The notes under the pieces are model-generated. The model saw only the letters and a list, made by a program, of their open reading frames with translations, searched no databases and had not been told where the DNA came from. Both the position numbers and the translations under genes were made by a program. Below, piece by piece: positions 39,750 through 50,420 of a stretch of 64,000 nucleotides of DNA (positions are counted from its first letter, which is position 1; every line of letters begins with the position of its first letter). The stretch covers positions 41,230,001 through 41,294,000 of the forward strand of contig NC_043013.1 in assembly GCF_006345805.1 (NCBI RefSeq), read 5' to 3'. This stretch comes from Octopus sinensis. Its lineage: Eukaryota.

Positions 39750-40649
39750 TAATGTAAATAATGTACATAATTCCTCATCTCTTAAACATAGAACTGTGAA
39801 ATGAATTGTTTTCCCCAAGAACACAACGCATCGCCCGATCCAGGGATCGAAACCACAATCTAACGATCGCGAGTCCAACACCTTAACCACTAAGCCACAT
39901 GACTCCAAGATGTAGTAAAGTCGTCCACAAAAGAGAGGGTGTTCGGGAAGTCTTTGTACATTTTTCCAATCGTATTTTGTATTTTTGTATTTCTGATTTC
40001 GGCCCTAATATTGTTTCAACAACTGAAGAATATGTATTTCTTTGTCGAACACATATTTCGAGAAGGTTTGTAGATTCTTAGATTTGGTGCGACGACATTT
40101 TGCTGATAAATTTCCCGATACACCCGTTCCACGTTGCAATGCAGTTCGTAACCTCTTCTGTCAAGATATAGCAAGCGACTAATAAAAGCAGTAATTTGAA
40201 AGAAGTTTATGGGAAAATAGTTTCCTTAATTCGATCAGAATATCCACCACCACCACCACCATCACTCTACATATACATCAGTGGCATTTCCTCCATAAAT
40301 GCAAGACATGCAACATATACTTAAGAAATAATAAGACAATGAATGAATGAAAATAACAAATCTGATTTAAATAAAAAAATAAACCCGTTTACTTCTATAG
40401 GAAACAATTTGAAAAAGTGCAGATTCAAGCTATATATGCCCGACTTCACATTAATAGATTTTTTGATTTTGAAGATTGCAGGTTCTGCTGTTCTAAGTTT
40501 CAAGAATCATCCTTGATATGTGCGTGGCCATATATATATATACATACATATACGCGCATCTATCTATCGGGTATGTCCATAAATATTATATACATACATA
40601 CACACATACTTATCTATGTATGTATGTACATATATATATAATATATATA

Positions 40650-40701
<52 letters not shown>

Positions 40702-40804
40702 ATATATATATACATATATATACATATACATGCACATACATATTATGTACATATTTTTTACATATTACATAATGTATATATATATATATATATATATACA
40801 ATAT

Positions 40805-40847
<43 letters not shown>

Positions 40848-40856
40848 CAATAATAA

Positions 40857-41102
40857 ATAAGGGGGATCAGCCATCTGAATGTGGCTAGGGTCAGGGCGGG
40901 GTGGTGGGGGTGTTACTGATGCATTTAGCCCCAGGCGAACATCAACGTCACCAGAAAGGCTGACACCATCTCGGTGTCCTTGCCAGCCTGCAAAGGGAGA
41001 TCAGCCTCCCCGAAGATACGGATACTGGGGCTAAATGCATCAGTAACACCCCCACCACCCCGCCCTGACCCTAGCCACATTCAGATGGCTGATCCCACTT
41101 AT
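40857..41102. mobile_element. Young GC-rich MITE/fold-back element in (TA)n
   Basis: Perfect 70-bp inverted repeats at 40863-40932 and 41027-41096 (76 bp with one mismatch); 94-bp spacer. Confidence 0.85.
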
Positions 41103-41415
41103 GTTATATATATATACATATACATAAATATGTGTGTCTGTGTGAATACGTATGTATGTACGCCTGCGTGTATGTTTGTACTTCAATGTAGCTAGGAAAT
41201 TCCTTTTCGTTTCAAAAATGTTATATTGAATTATTGAAGACAGGACTAAGTTCGAGTCTAATCTTTTTCTCCTCTCAACAATTTCCCTCGTATAATTGTT
41301 TTACGATTAGTTTGAAACTATGACATTACAAAAACTATTAACATTTCAGACATTTTTGCGGCTACATCCTCTGCTACGTAATCACTCACTAACAGTTAGA
41401 ATATATTACAAATAC

Positions 41416-41457
<42 letters not shown>

Positions 41458-41464
41458 ATATATT

Positions 41465-41790
41465 GTCCGAGGGCTAAAACCTGTATTAAAACCGGCGAAA
41501 CTCGGCTTATTTAACGAAATAATCCTTGAAAAATCATCTGACGAAACACTTCTGCACCAACAAATGATACACAACTACTCGTGCAGTAACCCACCCGCGA
41601 GGAGTTGACGCAAGATGGGTCGAAACGATAGTTGTGAACAATAAAGTTTGATCCGGTTCTTGACTGAAGACTAAAGGCTTGGAATGACCCGTCCGTGTTT
41701 ATTTGTATCGCCTGGCTGGATGTTTTGTTGTCCCATTCTGTATCATCAATTTCTCCGGATGTTTTGCGTTCTTGTCCCATTTTGTATTTT
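41465..41790. mobile_element. ~325-bp unclassified insert between (TA)n tracts
   Basis: Unique sequence bounded by TA runs; contains a CACAACTA/TAGTTGTG stem with ACCC/GGGT and GAAAC. Confidence 0.4.
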
Positions 41791-41889
41791 ATATATATAA
41801 TATATATTTATATATAGCGGTTTACGTACACTTTGTTCTCATATATATATATATATTATATATATATTATATATATATATAGATATATC

Positions 41890-41926
<37 letters not shown>

Positions 41927-42018
41927 CGTATATACATATATGTATATATACATATATATATATATGTAAATATATATACATATATATGTATGTATTGTGT
42001 ATACATATATAAATATGT

Positions 42019-42076
<58 letters not shown>

Positions 42077-42859
42077 TTATTATATGTATATATTATATAT
42101 ATTTGTTCATATTGTCTGTATGAACCCACAAACTTTCACAGATTAGAACATTATTCAGATAACAAATATCTTGCATAAATTTCCACGTAAACAAGAAATT
42201 TGTAGGCCGTGACAGCAGAATTGTTCCAGTATATAGGTGACATACCTGCGGATAAGGTATGATTATTTGTACATTGGTGCGTATATATTTACATGTATAT
42301 ATTTATTTATAGAAATATACGATTCATATCACGATGAAGAACGGCGATGACGACAACGACTACGACGACGACGAAGGCGGCGGCGATAACGACGACGATA
42401 AATAATGTCTACGACGATGATGACGGCCACAACGGCGACAGCGAAGAACTGCGGCGACCGCGGCGAAGCTGCTGCTTCTAATGATGAGGTTGTTGATGCT
42501 ACTGCTGCCGCTGCTGTCTTCTTCTTCTTCTTCTTCTTCTTCTTCTTCTTCTTTTCTTCTTCTTCTTCTTCTTCTTCTTCTTCTTCTTCTTCTTCTACTT
42601 CTTCTTCTTCTCCCAATTAGGACTCACGCCATTAGCCACAAAGAATATTCTCTAATTCGAGCCTACTCTAAGCTACTAAGAATGCGTGTGGCAACTTGAT
42701 GATCCTCCCACCACACGCGATAGACTGGCGGTTGCACGAGTGTGAAAGCTACGTTGTTATCCTCATTCTGTAAACGGTGGCTTTTTAACCATCCTGGAGT
42801 ACAGAGGATTCGCAATCTAGACTAGGGTCTGAAAGTTTACCACACCATAGTGGGTTACA

Positions 42860-43073
42860 CCATGGTTCCTCTGCTTTGTGGAAGAAGTAGGAGGAAAGAG
42901 TGAGAGAAAGTTGTGGTGAAATAGTACAGCGGGGTTTACCACACACCCCGCCAGAGCCTCGTGGAGCTTAGGTGTTTTTGCTCGATAAACACTCACAATG
43001 CCCGGTCTGGGAATCGAAACCGCGTTCTTACGACAGCTAGTCAGCTGCCCTAAATACTGTGCCACTGCGCCTC
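42860..43073 (-). mobile_element. tRNA-derived SINE (family D)
   Basis: GGGAATCGAAACC B box (reverse complement) and GGAGGAAAGAGTGAGAGAAAGTTGTGG shared with 56838-57115. Confidence 0.7.
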
Positions 43074-43311
43074 TACTGCCGCTGCTGTTGCTCCTGCTGG
43101 TGTTGTTGTTGTTAAGCAACAAGACGGGTAAGGGTGATTAGGTGATGGTCTAGGGCTTAGGGGCGGGAGACTCCAGACCTTGGAAAAAAAAAAAACTTTG
43201 GTCGTCTTGTTGTAGTCGAGGGCTCTTCGTTGACGCCCGACACCACTGGGAGGTGGCCCTCGAAGTCGCTGGAAATGGAGATCTCCAGGTCCAAATTCTT
43301 GGACGGTTACT

Positions 43312-43352
43312 GCTGCTGATGATGATAATGATGGTGGTGATGGTGGTGGTGG

Positions 43353-43411
<59 letters not shown>

Positions 43412-43473
43412 GTGATGGTGGTGGTGATGATTGATGATGATGATGATGATGATGATGGTGATGGTGGTGGTGG

Positions 43474-43523
<50 letters not shown>

Positions 43524-43539
43524 GTGATGGTGGTGGTGG

Positions 43540-43577
<38 letters not shown>

Positions 43578-43596
43578 GTGATGGTGATGGTGGTGG

Positions 43597-43640
<44 letters not shown>

Positions 43641-43656
43641 GTGATGGTGGTGGTGG

Positions 43657-43689
<33 letters not shown>

Positions 43690-43960
43690 CTACGACGACG
43701 ACGATGATGGTGTTGTTCTTTATGGTGTTGTGGTTCTTGTTGTTAATGGTGATGTCGGTGATGATGGTGGTGATTGAAGCGCTGATGATGCTGATAATTG
43801 CAGTGATTTTTCACTATGATGGTGACGATGGTGGATATATGTATGATGATGATGATGATGTTGATGACACTTGTCATGACGACAATGGTGATGACGGTGA
43901 CGCAAACGCGTCCTTCGCTGCTGCTGCTAATGCTGCTGCTGCTAATTATGTTGGTGATGA
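43312..43960. repeat. Compound (GAT)n/(GGT)n microsatellite with higher-order blocks
   Basis: GGTGATGGTGGTGGT(GAT)n blocks recur about every 45-65 bp. Confidence 0.95.
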
Positions 43961-44337
43961 TGACAGTGAGGAAACAGAAGACGAAGATGGCCTGAAGAAG
44001 TTGCACACAGAGAGAAATGAAATAGGAAATAAAACAAAATTCGCCTTAAATCCTCTTAAGAGCATCGGAGTCGCTGAGTGATGAGGAGGAGAGAAATAGT
44101 ACATAATATAGCACAAATTCAAAATCAGACCCTCCACACGTACCCACCTCACGATGGCGATGAGAGCCTGTCGAAGTCCTTTCATGTCAACAGGATCAGA
44201 AAATTAGAAAAAAGACGTGTTTCTGATAACATCTTTGATAAAATTCTCTCCTTCAAAACGTACAACTATTTATAAGAACACTCATAGCGCGTACATACAT
44301 ACATACATACATACATGCATATATATATATATTTATA

Positions 44338-44375
<38 letters not shown>

Positions 44376-44592
44376 TATATATATATATATAGTGTGTGTG
44401 TGTGTGAGTGTATATGGTTAAGTAGGTACGTATGTATTCACTGTGACATACATATACGTATACACAGAAAATTACGTGGTTCTTTCATCTCTATATTTAT
44501 TTTATATTTATGGTATTTTAAATATTTCAAGTCTTTAATCAAATTATTTGATCGTACAACCTACCTAAACAACATACACACACACTCTCATG

Positions 44593-44649
<57 letters not shown>

Positions 44650-44930
44650 GTAGGTCCCGGGTTGATCCGGGGTTAACCACAGTAAGTAAGGTACTCAATA
44701 CATAGCAGAGTAAAATTAATTTATTATAGAAGGAGCTTCTACAGGACTAGTACTGTTTATTCAAGAGAAATCTTCAGGAAGCTATTTAACAAGAATTGTA
44801 TTAGCATTTATACATTTAGGCAGGTTTAAAGGAGTGGTGGTGGGGGGACTTTTTTGGGGGTAGGCATAGCGCAAAATATCATACTTGGGGGAGTGGTCAA
44901 GGAGTCAGTGTGGTAAGTTAGATGAAAAAT
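44650..44930 (-). mobile_element. pLTR-like element with 3' end in (TA)n
   Basis: Carries the HHR remnant at 44734-44783, ~90 nt upstream of its TA-abutting 3' end. Confidence 0.6.
44734..44783 (-). ncRNA. Hammerhead ribozyme lacking G12
   Basis: AGCUUC-CUGAAGA-UUUCUCUUGAAU-AAAC-AG-UACUAGUC-CUGUA^GAAGCU: 6-bp stem I, 4-bp stem III, GUA triplet; GAAA reads UAAA. Confidence 0.65.
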
Positions 44931-44973
44931 AGATAAATAAAAAATAAAAAATAAAATAAAAAATAAAAAATAT

Positions 44974-45019
<46 letters not shown>

Positions 45020-45928
45020 CATATATATATATATAAATATTATATATATACACATATATATAATATATATATATATATATACACACATATATATATACAT
45101 ATATATAAATTACATGTACATATATATATATAACATATGTATTCAGACACGCATGTACATGCGTACATGCATGCATACATACATTCTTATGTACATGCAT
45201 ACATACATACATGCATACATATATACGTAAATAAATACATACATACATACATAAATACATACATACATACATACATACATTCATTCATACATACATACAT
45301 ACATACATACATACATACATACATACATACATACATACATACATACATACATACATACAGTCAAACGCACTCGAAACTATAAACATAAAAGGAAAAAAAT
45401 GAAACATCTGAAAAATTCTGAAAAATTCTTGATTTAAGAACAAAAACTATAAATTTTTCTTAAAATTCAAGTAATTTATTGAATTCTGATTACATTCACA
45501 GAAGAAAAAATAGCAACAAAACAACAGCAACCACAAGAACAGCAATAAAATTTTATGTTTATTCACAATCAAAGCCGAATAGTAAATTTTTCAGACATTA
45601 TTATCCAAGAGATTATAAGCCCTTTAATCCTTTTGCTAAAGATTTTGGTATTACTACAGACATGGAATTGAAAGTGTTAAAATAGAAACAAAAAAGAATT
45701 ATGAAATTTCGGGAGGAAACATAATTACTTTTACTAAAGCCATCCGAGTTTTATTAGATTTCTAACAAGAACTATCTGACTTACTAACAGCGATCATATA
45801 TTTTAATCAGGACTGTACCCGCCTATATGTGCTTGCATGCATACATACATACATAATACATACATACATACATGCATACACACATGTGAGTGTGTGTTTA
45901 TGTATATATATAACATATGTATATATAC

Positions 45929-45967
<39 letters not shown>

Positions 45968-46199
45968 TATATATACATGCATATATACATACTATATATT
46001 ATAATACATGCTATATACATACATATATATATAGGTGCCATATATATATATATATATGTATATATATATTTGTATATCTATATACGAGATATGCGCATAT
46101 CAGTCAATCTATCTGTCTATCTATATATATCTGATATATATATATTATATATATATATATATTATATATTGTGTGTGTGTGTGTGTGTGGTGTGTGTAT

Positions 46200-46230
<31 letters not shown>

Positions 46231-46289
46231 GTATGTGTGTGTATGTATCTGTATATATATACATGTGTGTGTGTATGTGTGTATGTGTG

Positions 46290-46328
<39 letters not shown>

Positions 46329-46331
<3 letters not shown>

Positions 46332-46445
46332 CTTGATCACCTTGATCACCTTGACCGACCAGTCCGTCGGGCGTCTATTTGACACCGCTGGTCACGGCAC
46401 GTTGTCCACTCCTCTCTGGATCGCGCCTTTCTCATCCACGTGACC
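46329..46445 (-). mobile_element. 3' end of an RTE-like LINE
   Basis: Minus strand ends with (TCAAGGTGA)3 against a TA tract; upstream GCGCGATCCAGAGAGGAGTGG resembles the terminal A.DR..W-type motif. Confidence 0.5.
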
Positions 46446-46682
46446 CCATACATACGCACATAGTATGGGGGTTCAGTTCAAAGTTGATGTAAACGATTAG
46501 GTACGCTAGGTAAGTGCTGTAATGGATTACTAAAGCGTAAGGCTTCAAGGTTGTGGCCGAGACGGTAGTTATGGAGCCATTGCAGATTTCCGATATAGCG
46601 GATATATATTCTTGTTAAAGAGGGCAACAAACGTTAAGGCAAAGGCAAACATCTTAAGTCATTCATAAACATTATTTTCACC

Positions 46683-46771
46683 GGAAAATATTCGAAGTCT
46701 TACAGGTGTTTCTAGGAATATCCGAGAGTATGGGAATCCCAGAAACAGCTGTAAGACTTCGAATTTTTTCC
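46683..46771. repeat. 89-bp hairpin with 31-bp arms
   Basis: GGAAAATATTCGAAGTCTTACAGGTGTTTCT versus the reverse complement of 46741-46771: 29/31 match. Confidence 0.85.
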
Positions 46772-46835
46772 GATAACAATAATGCATATGATTTGAGATG
46801 TTTGCCGTACCTTGACGTTTGTCGTCCTCTGTAAC

Positions 46836-46901
<66 letters not shown>

Positions 46902-46914
46902 GTATATTATTATG

Positions 46915-46968
<54 letters not shown>

Positions 46969-47086
46969 CAATTAAGGAACGGCCATAATAGGCCATTCAC
47001 CCACTAGAAATAACAGCCAAAGCTTCTACCGCAAATAAAGATCAATTCCGTAAACAGGAGAAAATTAAAAAAACATTTACCCTGTA

Positions 47087-47193
47087 ATTTCTTGTACGGT
47101 ATACCGTTTCATCCGCTGTTCAATGGTAAACCAACCTGATCAAATTAAATCAAGCCAATCTTCCATAAGCCCTCGGATTCTTCAGCAAGAAAT
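47087..47193 (-). ncRNA. Type-I hammerhead ribozyme, unit 1
   Basis: AUUUCUUG-CUGAAGA-AUCCG-[58 nt]-CGGAU-GAAA-CGGUAUACC-GUA^CAAGAAAU; predicted cut 47095/47094. Confidence 0.9.
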
Positions 47194-47577
47194 AGCTCAA
47201 GTCGGAACAGATATTTACACGAGGCATACCCAATCTTGCCAAGGCAATATCTGACCTAAAATTTTCAAATCGTCGCACTCGCGCCAAATTTATCGGCAGC
47301 AAATAAATATCAGCCGTCGATTCCATTATGGAATTAACCAAAAAATTCATAATTAATCAATATAGGGTGGCAAGGAAAATTTTGTAGAATTTTATTGCCA
47401 CCAGCGGCCCAGTGGGAAAAAATTAAATAGTCATAGACCATTTTTAAGTTCAACATTAACAATTAAGGAACGGCCATAATAGGCCATTCACCCACTAGAA
47501 ATAACAGCCAAAGCTTCTACCGCAAATAAAGATCAATTCCGTAAACAGGAGAAAATTAAAAAAACATTTACCCTGTA

Positions 47578-47684
47578 ATTTCTTGTACGGTATACCGTTT
47601 CATCCGCTGTTCAATGGTAAACCAACCTGATCAAATTAAATCAAGCCAATCTTCCATAAGCCCTCGGATTCTTCAGCAAGAAAT
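47578..47684 (-). ncRNA. Type-I hammerhead ribozyme, unit 2
   Basis: Same sequence as unit 1. Confidence 0.9.
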
Positions 47685-48063
47685 AGCTCAAGTCGGAACA
47701 GATATTTACACGAGGCATACCCAATCTTGCCAAGGCAATATCTGACCTAAAATTTTCAAATCGTCGCACTCGCGCCAAATTTATCGGCAGCAAATAATAT
47801 CAGCCGTCGATTCCATTACGGAATTACCAAAAATTCATAATTAATCAATATAGGGTGGCAAGGAAAATTTTGTAGAATTTTATTGCCACCAGCGGCCCAG
47901 TGGGAAAAAATTAATAGTCATAGACCATTTTTAAGTTCAACATTAACAATTAAGGAACGGCCATAATAGGCCATTCACCCACTAGAAATAACAGCCAAAG
48001 CTTCTACCGCAAATAAAGATCAATTCCGTAAACAGGAGAAAATTAAAAAAACTTTACCCTGTA

Positions 48064-48170
48064 ATTTCTTGTACGGTATACCGTTTCATCCGCTGTTCAA
48101 TGGTAAACCAACCTGATCAAATTAAATCAAGCCAATCTTCCATAAGCCCTCGGATTCTTCAGCAAGAAAT
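48064..48170 (-). ncRNA. Type-I hammerhead ribozyme, unit 3
   Basis: Same sequence as unit 1. Confidence 0.9.
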
Positions 48171-48549
48171 AGCTCAAGTCGGAACAGATTTTACACGAGG
48201 CATACCCAATCTTGCCAAGGCAATATCTGACCTAAAATTTTCAAATCGTCGCACTCGCGCCAAATTTATCGCGCAGCAATAAATATCAGCCGTCGATTCC
48301 ATTACGGAATTAACCCAAAATTCATAATTAATCAATATAGGGTGGCAAGGAAAATTTTGTAGAATTTTATTGCCACCAGCGGCCCAGTGGGAAAAAATTA
48401 AATAGTCATAGACCATTTTTAAGTTCAACATTAACAATTAAGGAACGGCCATAATAGGCCATTCACCCTAGAAATAACAGCCAAAGCTTCTACCGCAAAT
48501 AAGATCAATTCCGTAAACAGGAGAAAATTAAAAAAACATTTACCCTGTA

Positions 48550-48655
48550 ATTTCTTGTACGGTATACCGTTTCATCCGCTGTTCAATGGTAACCAACCTG
48601 ATCAAATTAAATCAAGCCAATCTTCCATAAGCCCTCGGATTCTTCAGCAAGAAAT
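48550..48655 (-). ncRNA. Type-I hammerhead ribozyme, unit 4
   Basis: Same core and stems; 1-nt deletion in the stem II extension. Confidence 0.9.
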
Positions 48656-49054
48656 AGCTCAAGTCGGAACAGATATTACACGAGCATACCAATCTTGCCA
48701 GGCAATATCTGACCTAAAATTTTCAAATCGTCGCACTCGCGCCAAATTTATCGGCAGCAAATAAATATCAGCCGTCGATTCCATTACGGAATTAACCAAA
48801 AATTCATAATTAATCAATATAGGGTGGCAAGGAAAATTTTGTAGAATTTTATTGCCACCAGCGGCCCAGTGGGAAAAAATTAAATAGTCATAGACCATTT
48901 TTAAGTTCAACATTAACAATTAAGGAACGGCCATAATAGGCCATTCACCCACTAGAAATAACAGCCAAAGCTTCTACCGCAATAAGATCAATTCCGTAAA
49001 CAGGAGAAAATTAAAAAAACATTTACCCTATATTGATTAATTAATATATATATA

Positions 49055-49100
<46 letters not shown>

Positions 49101-49101
49101 G

Positions 49102-49134
<33 letters not shown>

Positions 49135-49146
49135 TATACAAACATT

Positions 49147-50029
49147 CAGGGGTTGGACAAAATAATGGAAATACCTAACACCATAGCATCATAATTTTGA
49201 ATTATCTATAAAACCGTCAAAAGCTTGTCTATTTTTAAGTGTTTTGATTTATTATTAGTGTTGCTTAATATGTTTTGCTAAAATTGCTCTTTCTTTTCAG
49301 ATATCATCAGAAAAAGGTAATTAAAATTCATTAAAATGACAGAGCTATTGGACATTGAAAGAGGTCAAATTGTTGGTGCTCGTATGGCAGACGCTAGCGT
49401 AACGAAAACAGCCGAAATGTTTGGTCTCGAAAGTAATGACGGCCTTTGAGAAAGAGGGAAAAGCCTCCTCATCGAAACAAAACTCCAGAAGTAAACCAAA
49501 ACTTTCAGAAAGAGACCGTCGGATTCATATGCGAATTGTTAGAAAGGAACACAAAAGTACAGCTGCGAAAATTACTGCAGAGCGTAATGACCAACTTGAG
49601 AATCCAGTTTTCATAAAAACTGTTCGCTGGGAGTAGCATAAAGCCGGATTTTACGGGAGGCTGCAATCAGAAAACCACTACCTTCAAAAACAAACATTGT
49701 AGAGCGTTTAGAGTGGAGTAAAAACCTACAGAATTGGCCCCAAGAGCAGTAGAAGAATGTTATTTTCTCGGACGAGTCATCGTTTACCTTATTTCCAACC
49801 ACCGACCAAGTATAAGTGTGGAGACAGCCAAAAGAAGCATTTGACTCAAACTGCCTTCTGTCAACTGTTAAATACGGAGGAGGATCTGCGATGATCAGGG
49901 CTATATCTTGGAAATCCGCTGGACTATGATTTTCTTTCATGCCAGAATTAATACCCAAGACCATTTAAGCATTCTAAAATAAATTTGCTTGAATTTTTAA
50001 GGTGTTTCCATTATTTTGTCCAACCCCTA
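49147..50029 (+). mobile_element. Internally deleted Tc1-family transposon
   Basis: ~30-bp TIRs CAGGGGTTGGACAAAATAATGGAAATACCT / AGGTGTTTCCATTATTTTGTCCAACCCCT. ATG at 49336 gives MTELLDIERGQIVGARMADASV; first catalytic motif VIFSDES; KYGGGS; stops and frameshifts; second and third catalytic residues not found. Confidence 0.9.
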
Positions 50030-50071
50030 CATATACATATATAAGGGTGCATATGTGTTGTGTGTGTGTAT

Positions 50072-50132
<61 letters not shown>

Positions 50133-50239
50133 ATATATATATATTATTATATATATATATATATATATATATACGTATATCTATCTGTCTATATACATCT
50201 ATATCTGTGAGTGTATACACACACACACACACACACACA

Positions 50240-50420
50240 CACATAATCAATTTAAATAAACAAACAGTTCAAATAAACGAATAAAAACGGACAACCTGAG
50301 GGCGTGCATACGAAACATATTGGCTTGACGTTCGGTGAAAAGAGAGAGTTTGATGTTGCGAGCATAGCTCATCGTCGGAAAGACGAAAGGGAAAAGTTCG
50401 AAGAAGGTAAAAAAATCTTC
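50240..50420 (-). mobile_element. pLTR-like fragment with decayed minimal hammerhead (50349-50381)
   Basis: UUU-CCGACGA-U-GAGC-UAU-GCUC-GCAAC-AUC-AAA: stems retained, core mutated. Confidence 0.45.

Larger units (their letters stand above)
46965..49043 (-). mobile_element. Tandem array of ~490-bp hammerhead-bearing units (retrozyme-like / multimeric Penelope pLTR)
   Basis: Units start at 46965, 47456, 47943, 48431 and 48913 (partial, to 49029). Near-identical, no credible ORF, both flanks (TA)n, one HHR per full unit. Confidence 0.9.

Noticed and set aside
40023-40060. CTGAAGA-ATATGT...ACATAT
   Set aside because: Followed by TTCG rather than GAAA; no stem I or III.
43125-43310. GC-rich stretch as HDV-like ribozyme or telomeric relic
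   Set aside because: A P1/P3-like pairing can be drawn, but P1.1 and P2 cannot; only one TTAGGG is present.
43253-44081. Poly-Met/poly-Asp/poly-His ORFs
   Set aside because: All frames are read-throughs of the (GAT)/(GGT) repeat; no splice or domain evidence.
46965-49029. Small ORFs in the 490-bp units, or a CRISPR/phage-type repeat
   Set aside because: ORFs differ between units because of indels and show no motif; units are contiguous with no spacers; the context is eukaryotic.
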